Positions 25,201-35,955 of a stretch of DNA of 64,000 nt are shown here, in pieces (within the stretch, counting starts at the first letter, position 1; each line of letters starts with the position of its first letter). The notes beneath the pieces are model-generated. The model saw only the letters and a list, made by a program, of their open reading frames with translations, ran no database searches and was not told the origin of the DNA. Position numbers and translations under genes: made by a program. Source of the DNA: Mnemiopsis leidyi (taxonomy: Eukaryota); NCBI GenBank assembly GCA_048537945.1, contig CM108484.1, positions 19,073,034-19,137,033 on the forward strand, given 5' to 3'.

Positions 25201-26752
25201 TTCCATGGCAGGGAAGTCGTTACCATGTCAAAACCACCACAACCTGACTCGGAAAGATTAAGGCGGCAATATTTGCTAAACCAGCACACTGGGGAACCGT
25301 TTTATAAACTAATGGTTCAGAAGAATCTTGGGCAAGCAACTTTGATGGAACATCTTTTCACGTAACTTTAGAGGGTAGCCCATGTCGGCTACTCTTTTAG
25401 TGCTGCTGCTTTATAAATCCTGATTGTAAGGCTGTTATAAGTCGCCTGTTTTGAGGCAGCCATACTTTTGTTATTTACCAAAGAGCTCTTTAAGTAGGAA
25501 AACTAGTTTCCCTGGTAAATCTTGACACAGCATGTATGATCGTTTTGTCCTATCTAATGTACATCTGATCCAGTGGTAGCTTCAAACTTACATTATTACA
25601 GTGAACTTATACCTTTCCTCGGCAGTATTGTATCAAGGTGCCAAAATCTAACTTGGTAACTGTTTTTAAACTTCTTTTTAAACTTCTATAGCACTGAGTA
25701 TTACTGAACAACATAACTTGATATACAAGATTTTTTTGTAACACTGAATTGCTTCATGTGTTTTGAACTTTTTAGAAGCTTAACCCCACAGCAAGTGGCA
25801 ATCTTCTGTGTTGCAGGTTGGTCCCCTGAACACTAAACGGCCACTCAACACGGGTATAAAATGGTTTAATGTTTATCATGGTTAAGCTACTTGTATGTCC
25901 ATATATATCCTAATTATAGTAGAACATTAGAAATCTGTAGACATACTTCTGTGTAATACGATACACCCGATGCTGGCATTTGGCCAAAATTCTTAATTAT
26001 ACAGCACATTCTAAAAGTACCCACTATTCAGTAGATAATGTATGATAGAATGTCCGTGTATAAAGGCTTCATTAACTGCTTTAATTATCGTTGTCTATAT
26101 TTAGCCATAGAGGATGATCCGACGTCGCCGGTAACCTTGGATTTTCATAGTTTTTATATAGTCTGTTAGTCCGCTCAACACTTCTTAAGTCCGCTCTAAA
26201 CTTCAGTCAAAGAATGATTTTCGGCATAACATGATGACTTTGATATGAAGGATTTCATGCATCGTTGGATGTATTATGGGTACGTAAAAGTCGCCTTCAT
26301 GCTGTATATAATGAGAGATTACGAATATAGAATATTTGCGGATATTAAACTACGTATTGTCAGGAACACGCTACGTCTAACATGTTTTATGTGAGATGTA
26401 TAGCGCGCTTATGTTAATACGTACTCACGTGCGCGTAATCATATTTTAATAATTTAGTCATATTTTAATTTAATTCTAAAAAGGTATATTTATTTGAAAA
26501 TATGATGCATATGATAATATTCAACCGCTGGAAAAGTCCTTTCTCGATTTTTGCTTATTAGATGAGTTGCAGCATTTATTTTGTTCCTTATTAAATTACT
26601 CGTTCACTCGAAATCGTATTTGTTAAGTAGTCGTACATTGTTTACTTTTCAATAATTACCACTGTTTTAGGTTCCACGTCTGAGTATATGAGCTATTTAA
26701 CACAATCAAGTGTACCACTAACAGCACTGTTCAATATCACAAAGGTAAGACG

Positions 26753-26851
26753 ATGAAACAAGACAGTATTGAAGAAAGTGACATTCCAAGTGATACAGAT
26801 GAGTACGTCGATCAGAGTCCGGACGGACGTTGGTTTCGCAGAGACGACACA
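26753..26851 (+). CDS. NRBP: NRBP/MADM-like pseudokinase gene, exon 1 (MKQDSIEESDIPSDTDEYVDQSPDGRWFRRDDT)
   Basis: Matches NRBP1 ...ESPCGRWQKRREEV. GTAAGT donor at 26852. Confidence 0.55.
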
Positions 26852-27075
26852 GTAAGTACACGTCATTAAACAACTATCTGGTGGAAACGTCGCTTGCACG
26901 TGACCCTTTCTGCTTCAGAGATGACCTTGCAGAAAACTTAATAGGACAAATTAGGTGTATGTGCACATATCGGGTGACAAAGTAACTTCAGCAATGCATA
27001 TTTTCTTCTTATCTTGATGATCCTCCTATAAATAAGATTTGTAATCACGGCCCCTAAACATGATGCACGTCGCAG

Positions 27076-27408
27076 GTACAAGCACAAGGTATAGGCGGCC
27101 TGACACGCAGCTTTAAAGCGATAGACATGGAGGAAGGGAAGGAGGTTGTGTGGAACGAGATTGAGATAAGTCAGGAGATGCACTCTCTGATAAGACGAGA
27201 CTCTAGCAAGGAGGCCATGGAGGCTATCTTGAAGATATTCAAGAGGATAGAACATGTGAACTTGATCAAGTACAGCGGATACTGGATACATGACTCAGCG
27301 GAGGACGGGATGTTCAAGATTGTCTACATTACTGAGTACACCATGGCGGGAACCCTGCGCAGCTTTCTCAGGAGGAGCAAGTTCAATAAGAAAAAAATTG
27401 GAGCTAAG
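27076..27408 (+). CDS. NRBP: NRBP-like exon 2 (VQAQGIGGLTRSFKAIDMEEGKEVVWNEIE...ITEYTMAGTLRSFLRRSKFNKKKIGAK)
   Basis: Co-linear with NRBP1 GIDSAYLAMDTEEGVEVVWNEV...ITEYMSSGSLKQFLKKTKKN. AG acceptor at 27074-75, GT donor at 27409. Confidence 0.75.
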
Positions 27409-27479
27409 GTTTGTCTCATCATTATTTTCCAATTAGTAGTAACTACTAATTAGACAGCATTGTTTAAAGATTGTTTCAA

Positions 27480-28460
27480 ATTCAAACTAATTGTGCTTTG
27501 GTTTTCCTCTAGAAACTTACTGTTAACTTCCTCTCAACTTACTGTAAACTTCCTTTAAACTTACTGTTAACTTCCTCTAAACTTACTGTTAACTTCCTCT
27601 AAACTTACTGTTAACTTCTTCTAAACTTACTGTTAACTTCCTCTAAACTAACTGTTAACTTCCTCTAAACTTACTGTTAACTTCCTCTAAACTTACTGTT
27701 AACTTCCTCTAAACTTACTGTCAACTTCCTCTAAACTAACTGTTAACTTCCTCTAAACTTACTGTTAACTTCCTCTAAACTTACTGTTAACTTCCTCTAA
27801 ACTTACTGTTAACTTCCTCTAAACTTACTGTTAACTTCCTCTACACTTACTTTTAACTTCCTCTAAACTTACTGTTAACTTCCTCTAAACTTACTGTTAA
27901 CTTCCTCTACACTTACTGTTAACTTCCTCTAAACTTGCTGTTAACTTCCTCTAAATTTTTTATTAAATTCCTCTAAACTTACTGTCAACTTCCTTTAAAC
28001 TTACTTTTAACTTCCTCTACACTTACTGTTAACTTCCTCTAAACTTACTGTTAACTTCCTCTACACTTACTGTTAACTTCCTCTAAACTTGCTGTTAACC
28101 TCCTCTAAAACTTTTGTTAACTTCCTCTGAACTTACTGTTAACTTTCTAAAAACTTACTGTTAACTTCCTCCAAACTAACTGTTAACTTCCTCCAAACTT
28201 ACTGTTAACTTCCTCTAATCTTACTGTAAACTTCCTCTAAACTTACTGTAAACTTCCAGTAAAATTACTGTTAACTTCCTCCAAACTTTCTGTTAACTTC
28301 CTCTAAGCTTATAGTTAACTTCCTTTAAACTTACCGTTAACTTCCTCTAAACTTACTGTAAACTTCCTCTAAACTTACTGTAAGCTTCCTCTAAACGTAC
28401 TGTTGACTTCCTCTAAACTTACTGTGAACTTCCTCTAAACTTACTGTTAACTTTCTGATT
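27480..28460. repeat. 22-bp minisatellite (CTTACTGTTAACTTCCTCTAAA)n, about 44 units, filling almost all of NRBP intron 2
   Basis: Units are contiguous, with point variants such as GCTG, CACTT and TTTT. Confidence 0.9.
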
Positions 28461-28467
28461 GTTTTAG

Positions 28468-28508
28468 GTGTGGAGAAGATGGTGCAGACAAATTCTCAGA
28501 GCTATAGA
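28468..28508 (+). CDS. NRBP: NRBP-like exon 3 (VWRRWCRQILRAI)
   Basis: Matches NRBP1 AWKRWCTQILSAL. GTAAGT donor. The acceptor is formed by the last unit of the intron-2 minisatellite. Confidence 0.65.
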
Positions 28509-28607
28509 GTAAGTCGTGCACCTTCTTTTGTGATCATTTCCTTTTAAATGAACTGAATAAGAATCGATTGTCTGGGATTTTATTTGGTGTGAGACCAATA
28601 CGCCGAT

Positions 28608-29078
28608 AAGGGGTCGTTCACATATGACGTCATCACCTAGGAGGGGAGGGGGGTTTCCAAATGATGATGATTGATGACGAGGGGGGGGAGGGGGGTTTGG
28701 CCAATGATGATGTCATCAAAAATTTTTATGATTTATAGAATTTTTTGAAAATTTTTGATTTCTTTTGTAATTTTTATCAGAATTTTACAAAATCAGAAGG
28801 AAAATTTTCAAGTAAAATTCTGATTCAGAAATCTGATGAAAAACTGTGTTTTTATTGACTAAGTATAACAAGTTTCAAAAATGACTGCAAATTAAAACAC
28901 CAAAAATCAAGTTTTTTGACATGAAGTAGGGAGGGGGGTTCCGACTGTGATGATGTCATCATGGTGATTTACCTCTGACATTTAGGGGGGGTTTTGTCAT
29001 GATGATGAATGATGACGGAGGGGGGGAGGGGGGTAAAAATTACCGAAAATTTGCTGACGTCATATGTGAACGACCCCT
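28608..29078. mobile_element. MITE with 23-bp TIR GGGGTCGTTCACATATGACGTCA and internal GGGGAGGGGGGTTT / TGATGATGTCATCA subrepeats, flanked by TAA / TAA
   Basis: A perfect TIR pair at 28608-28630 and 29056-29078. A truncated second copy lies at 37072-37330. Confidence 0.6.
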
Positions 29079-31129
29079 AATTCGGAAATGATTTATAAGA
29101 TATCTGAGTTAAATGTAAATGATAGAGATTGTTATAGTAATATGTTTATCACATAAGACTTGCTACTGCTTTGATTTACATTGAAGTTGATACTCGCTTA
29201 ATTATTTATTTCTCTAGTTTATGTTTATTTGTTATCCGAGAACTAGAATTCCCCCGAGTCTGTCATCTTTGTTTCATAACACCCTCTTACTATAAACCCA
29301 TATACCTACTTGTTATAGACATAAGCCCTGCTTTTAACAGAGCCTATGTGATACTCACCTAAACCTACACAAGCGGGAGTAGTGTCACTGTTAAAGGTTG
29401 TATCCTCAGTACAGGTGACAGTGTCACTGCCTTTCAGTAGGAACTCGTCTTCGCATGTCACTGTCAGTTCTGTTCCTGTGTCTACCGGGAATGCAGTTTC
29501 TGTTCTGAGGTGGTTCCAGGCTGGGTCCAGACCAGTGCACTGTTGCAAATCTGAGGAGTGGTTATCGTGGATAGGAATTATTCACAGTGGAAGTTTTGTA
29601 TGAGTAAGAACCTGAGCAGACCAGAGCACACTGTGGAGTGTGAATGTTAGATTAGCATCGAAATCCAAGTGTTTATCATAAATTGTCAACCTCATCTTTA
29701 ATTTTATATTAGTTACACTTAAGTTTTTCTGTATCTGAATGATTACATTTCAGTTCAACGACTTAATAAATAAAACTTGGGTAAAGGAATGTATCTATAT
29801 TTATGTATGTATATTGTTGTATCTACATTTGTCGAATAGAACACACTGTGTAGGTACATTACCTATAGCGTATCTGTAGTGAGTGCTGACTTTGTCTTCT
29901 ATATTGTTAGCTTTAAATATCATTCCTGTCATGGTACTCCTCATTTTACATGTTCGATCTTCTCTGTTGTCTTCATAGATCCAGGTTACTTTCAGAACAC
30001 CCTCGAACCAGATCTGTAGTTGTGTAGTTGTCTTCAGGAAAGTTAGGTCACCAGCTCTCTGGAGGAACCCCATCGTGGCTTGTTCTTCACTGCTGAAGTC
30101 TTTAACACAATACTGAGCCCCTATCTTTGTCGATGTGACCCAGAAAAAGCTAACTCCAGCAAGAATCCATCTGATATCGTTACTTCTATCTATCTTCTTG
30201 TCAGTTCTTATCTGGAACTTCCTACCCTCCTTTATCTCACTGATATATGTTGACTTTTCTGCTGGTACTGGTATCCACTCACTGTAAGTCGTCCCTGCGT
30301 TTTAACTCGTCAGTTTGTCAGTCAATACGCAACACTAAAAACTAGGGAGGGGGCACTAAAAAAACTCAATGTCACCCTGAAATTCCCAAAATAGATAGTT
30401 TTTTAGAGTTATGAATAGATTTCCCCAAATTAATCAATAAACCATAGGAAAATCTTATAAGAGGCATTTTGTGGTGAACACAATGTACCATGCGATAAAT
30501 TTTGAAATATTTCTGTATAATGCAACTGGAAAAAAATTCTATATCTGAAAACCTTAATAGGGCCCTTAAATTCCCCTAAAATTCCCAAAATTGATATAGA
30601 TTTTTATAGAGTTTTTTTAGTTGGCCCCCTCAAACTACGTTTTGCTTAGCTCAGAAAAGCGCATACCATAATCTAACAACGTTTCCAACCTCCTCGATTA
30701 TTAATGTCGATGGAGAAAGTTATTTTTGTATTGCATGACAGAGATTGACCAATGAGAAGTCAGGTACGGCCAATCAATATTATACAATGCCATCACGTGA
30801 TATAAGCCACTCCCCAAAATACCTTCTATAAGTATAACAATGGTTTAATTGTGATATAAGCCCATTGGTACCCCTCCTCAAAATACCTTCTATATACTTA
30901 TACTTGGTATAAGTATAAAGATTATTTAATTTTAACTTCTAAAATAACTTACCCTCAATGTAGCTCGGCAAGCTCAACAACAGTAACGTTAAAATAGTCA
31001 CAGATACTCGTATCTTTAACATAGCTACATAATTATTAAGAGAATTTTAATTAATTTTTGGACGGAGCAATTTGTAAACAAATTCGAGACAGCTAAAACT
31101 TCTAGAAAAACGCGGACTATTTATGTGAG

Positions 31130-31375
31130 ACTCCATTTTTCTATGTAAGTGATCGGGGGTTCGATTCCCAGATCTGCGAATCCAAGAGGAGTTTGCTGAG
31201 GGCATTCGCCTATCCAATCTTCTTTGGTCGACTCAGCGGAATGACCGGGAAATCGTGACTGAGGGTTAAATGAGGAGGGTCTCCTTAAAAAATCTAGAAT
31301 ATTTTATCTTCCAGGAGACCCTTCGGTATAACTGTAAAAGCCTGGGTACAGGTTTAACTCTGTAACAAATGCAAA
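31130..31375 (+). mobile_element. tRNA-derived SINE copy in NRBP intron 3, slightly 5'-truncated, ending ...AAAGCCTGGGTACAGGTTTAAC(AACAAAT)
   Basis: GGTTCGATTCC box-B-like head. It is about 85% identical to the copies at 54611-54868 (-) and 42400-42580 (+). Confidence 0.7.
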
Positions 31376-32040
31376 TTGTTGTTACTGATTACATGTTCGT
31401 TTCGGCACGTGGGTATAAATCATGGAACAGCTAAGCGAGGTCTGAGCTGAGTCTGTAAGAAACAAGAGAGTTTGATAAGAGTACCGGAAATAAGAACGTT
31501 CTCTTAAGCCAGCTAATTTAGCAAAAATGCAGCTGTCGTTGTTAGCCACGCCTTGTTTATCAGTAGCCTAATGCATTGATACCTGCCACTGCAAGTGTGT
31601 ACAGTTGTTAACTTTTAAGGGTATCAAAACTAAGATGAGTGGCAGTGAGACCGCCAACGAGTAGTTTTTATTTTTAAGAATAAGGATGGAGCCAATAGAA
31701 GAAAATTGCACCATGCCAGTTTATAGTTGCCACCTGCCCTCCCTCGTATAGGGACCCATAAGAATTCTAATTAAAATTATACTCACGTGCCGCAACTTTA
31801 GTGTTTAAGTTTGACATAGACTTAGTCAGAAATCAGGTGTCCGCAAAAAGATAATTTTTGGGCAAGGAATGCACTGGGAAGATTTATTTTAGGACCGATA
31901 ACAGCGATTGACCTGTCAGCGTAGGTAAAAATATACAATTTTATATGACAGGTAAGTAGAAATGCTGTAACTGTAAGTTCTGGGTCTGGTAAATGTTTGA
32001 TGCAGTTTGAACATTAAAGTTACCTCCCCCTTAGTTATTT

Positions 32041-32130
32041 GTCTCACGTTGTGACCCCCCTCCGAAGGGAGGGGGGAGGGGGCGTGGCCGCGCTGCGCGC
32101 GGCAGCGGGGCTATGCAACGTGTAGCAATC
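32041..32130. repeat. Fragment of the composite repeat family (GTCACGTTGTGACCCCCCTCC...GGCTATGCAACGTGTAGCAA module)
   Basis: Near-identical to 1150-1460. Confidence 0.6.
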
Positions 32131-32262
32131 AGTTATCACGTTACCTTCAGTTATCACGTTACCTTCAGTTATCACGTTACCTTCAGTTATCACGTTACCT
32201 TCAGTTATCACGTTACCTTCAGTTATCACGTTACCTTCAGTTATCACGTTACCTCCCCCCTC
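32130..32262. repeat. 18-bp tandem repeat (CAGTTATCACGTTACCTT) x7, abutting the exon-4 acceptor
   Basis: The last unit degenerates into CCCCCCTCAG|TTATCTACATTCC, which is the exon-4 start. Confidence 0.85.
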
Positions 32263-32264
32263 AG

Positions 32265-32416
32265 TTATCTACATTCCTGCGCTCCAAGCATCACACACGG
32301 ACACCTGAACTGTGACAGTATATACATCCACCATGACGGTATCATCAAAGTGGGATCTGTAGCACCCAACATCATCAAGGACTTTCTCTCATCTCTTCTT
32401 GAGGACAAAGATTTTG
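32265..32416 (+). CDS. NRBP: NRBP-like exon 4 (DYLHSCAPSITHGHLNCDSIYIHHDGIIKVGSVAPN...EDKDFG)
   Basis: Matches NRBP1 [35 protein letters not shown]. Phases are consistent. Confidence 0.75.
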
Positions 32417-32557
32417 GTAAGCTTAAGATTAAAATTCGGGATTAAAATGTAGTTTAGAAAATCTCAGTGGATGAATTTTGAGTGAAGGAATTGGACTAAA
32501 TATATTTTTCTGGTTAGTGTAAGTCTTCTCATTTAACATTACAATGTTTCCCATCAG

Positions 32558-32691
32558 ACGAGAAAGCGTGCTACAAAACTCCCAACTCGAAAGACATCTC
32601 TGATTTTGGTAACTGTTTGCTTGAGATTTTCGCGACTGGGGTGGAGGAGGCGGATATGAAGAACGTGGCTCAGATAAGCTATGAAAACGAC
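32558..32691 (+). CDS. NRBP: NRBP-like exon 5 (DEKACYKTPNSKDISDFGNCLLEIF...ISYEND)
   Basis: Aligns with NRBP1 VTNVTTAVDIYSFGMCALEM. AG and GT sites, phase 0. Confidence 0.6.
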
Positions 32692-32824
32692 GTATATACT
32701 AAAACCCAGCTTTTCTTTGTTGCTTGTGTTAAATTTCTTTATATGTATGTTTATGTTTCAAACATTGACAAAGTATCACAGCTTTAAACAGTTTGTGATT
32801 TGGAATATCTCACAGAAAAAGAAG

Positions 32825-32965
32825 AAAAACCGACGAGATCTCACTGAAGAAGAACGAAGACTAGTGTTAGAAACGTGCGGGGAAAGCAAGAGAAACTTTC
32901 TGAAGGAATGTTTCAGCAACAGTGCCCCTGTGGGTCAGCTCATCAACCATACTATCTTCATTGAG
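32825..32965 (+). CDS. NRBP: NRBP-like exon 6 (KKKKNRRDLTEEERRLVLETCGESKRNFLKECFSNSAPVGQLINHTIFIE)
   Basis: Aligns with NRBP1 REFIQKCLQSEPARRPTARELLFHPALFE. The donor GAG|GTAACA is the first unit of the 41-bp tandem array. Confidence 0.65.
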
Positions 32966-33330
32966 GTAACAATCATGTGCTTATCAACCATACTATCTTC
33001 ATTGAGGTAACAATCATGTGCTCATCAACCATACTATCTTCATTGAGGTAACAATCATGTGCTTATCAACCATACTATCTTCATTGAGGTAACAATCATG
33101 TGCTTATCAACCATACTATCTTCATTGAGGTAACAATCATGTGTTTATCAGCCATACTATCTTCATTAAGGTAACAATCATGTGCTTATCAACCATACTA
33201 TCTTCATTGAGGTAACAATCATGTGCTTATCAACCTTAATATCTTCATTGAGGTAACAATCATGTGCTTATCAACCATACTATCTTCATTGAGGTAACAA
33301 TCATGTGCTCATTAACCATACTATCTTCAT
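32941..33330. repeat. 41-bp tandem repeat x~9.5 built from the last 26 nt of exon 6 plus the first 15 nt of intron 6, so each unit carries GAG|GTAACA
   Basis: CATCAACCATACTATCTTCATTGAGGTAACAATCATGTGCTTAT repeats, with the first unit being the genuine exon end. Confidence 0.9.
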
Positions 33331-33641
33331 AAGCTGCCTTTTTTAGATTTTACTTTCGATAAAAAAAGATATGTGCAAGCTGTGTCATCAAGTCACAGAT
33401 TGTAAACATCTTTTCCATCCAAAGGAGCAACCGAAATTGCCAATCTAATTCTTCAGGATGATAAAACCGGTTTAACCGATCTGTCCAGGTACTGCCTCCT
33501 GTAGCAAACTACGTCATGTTTAACAGAATGTATTAGGCTCTGTAATTGCTAGAAACACGTAACTAGACGCACGACAGGATTATCCGGTTAATCCTGCTTC
33601 CTCTGCACACAACGTTCACGTCCGTGTTCTCAACAAATCTG

Positions 33642-33840
33642 CTGTATTTGTAGTGTTGAAATAGTTTAACCGTTCAGGTGCCGCCTGTATTTGTAGTGTT
33701 GAAATAGTTTAACCGTTCAGGTGCCGCTGTATTTGTAGTGTTGAAATAGTTTAACCGTTCAGGTGCCGCTGTATTTGTAGTGTTGAAATAGTTTAACCGT
33801 TCAGCTGTATTTGTAGTGTTGAAACAGTTTAACCGTTCAG
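33642..33840. repeat. 43-bp tandem repeat x~4.5 (CTGTATTTGTAGTGTTGAAATAGTTTAACCGTTCAGGTGCCGC), with each unit carrying the exon-7 acceptor plus the first 7 nt of exon 7
   Basis: The final unit continues straight into exon 7 (CCGTTCAG|GTGCCGCCTCTGCG). Confidence 0.85.
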
Positions 33841-34022
33841 GTGCCGCCTCTGCGAGTTATGGCGTACTATGCCATGTACAACTGGCTGGGGGACAGTCTC
33901 AACAAAGCGATAGACCCCAAGCACAGAGAGCAAGGCGACAGCAAGATCGTGATTGTAGATGACGTGCCCAAGAAACTGGAAACATCACCCCTCGATATCG
34001 AGAAACTCTCTTCGGATGTGGA
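33841..34022 (+). CDS. NRBP: NRBP-like exon 7 (VPPLRVMAYYAM...LDIEKLSSDVE)
   Basis: Aligns with NRBP1 VPSLKLLAAHCIV ... ELDKFLEDV. The acceptor is the last unit of the 43-bp tandem array. Donor GA|GTTAGT. Confidence 0.65.
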
Positions 34023-34133
34023 GTTAGTGGAGTTACTTGAATAATTGTGGGATCGAATAGTGAATTAAATATGATTGTTTAGTTACAGTTGTTTCGTATG
34101 TTGCCATGACGACTTACATTGTTCACATTTCAG

Positions 34134-34245
34134 AAGCGGCATGTTCCCCTTGTGCGGTATTAAAATTCTCACTCAAACTGCCAAGGAAAGATCACCAACT
34201 GAAAATGAGACTGAAGCTACAATATCAAAAGCGGAGGAGCGCCTT
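34134..34245 (+). CDS. NRBP: NRBP-like exon 8 (SGMFPLCGIKILTQTAKERSPTENETEATISKAEERL)
   Basis: Aligns with NRBP1 NGIYPLTAFGLPRPQ. GTAAGT donor. Confidence 0.65.
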
Positions 34246-34392
34246 GTAAGTATTTTGAATAAGGGCCTTTTTCTCTTCTTGTCGACTGAGTTTTTAATTC
34301 GACGTAAATTCGGCGCTGTGGCAATGTATAGGTAGTAGGTACTTACAATTATAAGATATTTTGAAATTAAATCTACTCTGCCTTTACTTCAG

Positions 34393-34449
34393 ATTCTAAA
34401 GATAAACGGGAAGATAGTTTGCAAAGGTAACGATCCTGATAAAGCCAAT
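34393..34449 (+). CDS. NRBP: NRBP-like exon 9 (ILKINGKIVCKGNDPDKAN)
   Basis: AG and GTAAGT sites, phase 0. Only weak similarity to NRBP1 KVVLMQCNIESVEEG. Confidence 0.45.
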
Positions 34450-34634
34450 GTAAGTAAAAATACTTATGTTTTAGCTACAAACACATTGGTAGTTTTTTGT
34501 AAAAAAACTGTAATTTCCCCAACTTATGGAATTTTAGATAATAACTTTCTTTGTTAGATTTGCTAAAAATTCAACGACTTACTTAATTACTTACTAACTT
34601 ATGTTTCAATTTAATTAAAATATACTTATTTCAG

Positions 34635-34701
34635 TTATCTCTGGAATTCACAATGTCTGATCACATGGTGCGGAAGCTAGATACAGAAATATCGCTTAAA
34701 G
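34635..34701 (+). CDS. NRBP: NRBP-like exon 10 (LSLEFTMSDHMVRKLDTEISLK)
   Basis: Aligns with NRBP1 LTLLLKLEDKLNRHLSCDL. GTAAAC donor. Confidence 0.5.
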
Positions 34702-34747
34702 GTAAACTTCAAGTATATTCTGAGTTACATTTTGTGTTAATGTTAGT

Positions 34748-34900
34748 GTTCATGTTATTGTTATTGTTATTGTTATTGTTATTGTTATTGTTATTGTTAT
34801 TGTTATTGTTATTGTTATTGTTATTGTTATTATTATTGTTATTGTTATTGTTATTGTTATTGTTATTGTTATTGTTATTGTTATTGTTGTAATTGTTAGC
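34748..34900. repeat. (TTATTG)n microsatellite, about 25 units, in NRBP intron 10
   Basis: The sequence shows the run directly. ORF-track poly-L and poly-N ORFs are artefacts of it. Confidence 0.95.
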
Positions 34901-35009
34901 GCAAGTGCTAGTCTTATTGTGGTTGTTAGTGTTATTGTAGGTGGTAGTGTTAGTGTATCTGTTAGTGTTAGTGTAAGTGTTAGTGTTCATAACGGTTTTT
35001 ATTTCACAG

Positions 35010-35065
35010 AAGACAATCCTTCGAAGCTTACTGACGAGCTGATAGATTACAATCTTCTTAATATA
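35010..35065 (+). CDS. NRBP: NRBP-like exon 11 (EDNPSKLTDELIDYNLLNI)
   Basis: Aligns with NRBP1 ENIPELAAELVQLGFI. The donor ATA|GTGAGT is the first unit of the 56-bp tandem array. Confidence 0.6.
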
Positions 35066-35830
35066 GTGAGTACCACAGCTCATTAGAATCATTCCTGATA
35101 GATTACAATCTTCTTAATATAGTGAGTAGCACAGCTCATTAGAATCATTCCTGATAGATTACAATCTTCTTAATATAGTGAGTAGCACAGCTCATTAGAA
35201 TCATTCCTGATAGATTACAATCTTCTTAATATAGTGAGTAGCACAGCTCATTAGAATCATTCCTGATAGATTACAATCTTCTTAATATAGTGAGTAGCAC
35301 AGCTCATTATCTAATCATTCCTGATAGATTACAATCTTCTTAATATAGTGAGTAGCACAGCTCATTATCTAATCATTCCTGATAGATTACAATCTTCTTA
35401 ATATAGTGAGTACCACAGCTCATTAGAATCATTCCTGATAGATTACAATCTTCTTAATATAGTGAGTAGCACAGCTCATTAGAATCATTCCTGATAGATT
35501 ACAATCTTCTTAATATAGTGAGTAGCACAGCTCATTAGAATCATTCCTGATAGATTACAATCTTCTTAATATAGTGAGTACCACAGCTCATTAGAATCAT
35601 TCCTGATAGATTACAATCTTCTTAATATAGTGAGTAGCACAGCTCATTAGAATCATTCCTGATAGATTACAATCTTCTTAATATAGTGAGTAGCACAGCT
35701 CATTAGAATCATTCCTGATAGATTACAATCTTCTTAATATAGTGAGTAGCACAGCTCATTAGAATCATTCCTGATAGATTACAATCTTCTTAATATAGTG
35801 AGTAGCACAGCTCATTAGAATCATTCCTGA
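35039..35830. repeat. 56-bp tandem repeat x~14 built from the last 27 nt of exon 11 plus 29 nt of intron 11, so each unit carries ATA|GTGAGT
   Basis: CTGATAGATTACAATCTTCTTAATATAGTGAGTAGCACAGCTCATTAGAATCATTC repeats, with the first unit being the real exon end. Confidence 0.9.
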
Positions 35831-35904
35831 TTTAAAGCAAACTTAATTTCTGTACCATTTCCTTAATTTGGCGATGTTTGTATTTAATTTCTCAATCCAT
35901 CCAG

Positions 35905-35955
35905 AAAGACAGAGAAATGGTCATCGAGTCTATACAAGACGTGCTCTCCTCTTGA
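35905..35955 (+). CDS. NRBP: NRBP-like terminal exon 12 (KDREMVIESIQDVLSS*)
   Basis: Aligns with NRBP1 SEADQSRLTSLLEETLNK. In-phase stop TGA at 35953-35955. Total CDS is 1425 nt, giving 474 aa. Confidence 0.5.
   Translation, partial: KDREMVIESIQDVLSS

Noticed and set aside
27480-28460. Regular 22-bp repeats that could be mistaken for a CRISPR array, and likewise the arrays at 32941-33330 and 35039-35830
   Set aside because: Units are directly contiguous with no spacers, lie in introns of a spliced eukaryotic gene, and derive from exon-intron junctions. They are minisatellites.
31140-31200. Possible tRNA gene (GGTTCGATTCC box B)
   Set aside because: It lacks a complete cloverleaf and acceptor stem, and continues into a conserved SINE body found three times. 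It is a tRNA-derived SINE head, not a tRNA gene.
32044-32445. ORFs 32044-32247 (-) (ITEGNV repeats) and 32113-32445 (+) (SYHVTF repeats)
   Set aside because: They are minisatellite translations. Only the last 150 nt of the + ORF are real, as NRBP exon 4.
34653-35092. Poly-Leu and poly-Asn ORFs
   Set aside because: They are translations of the (TTATTG)n microsatellite.
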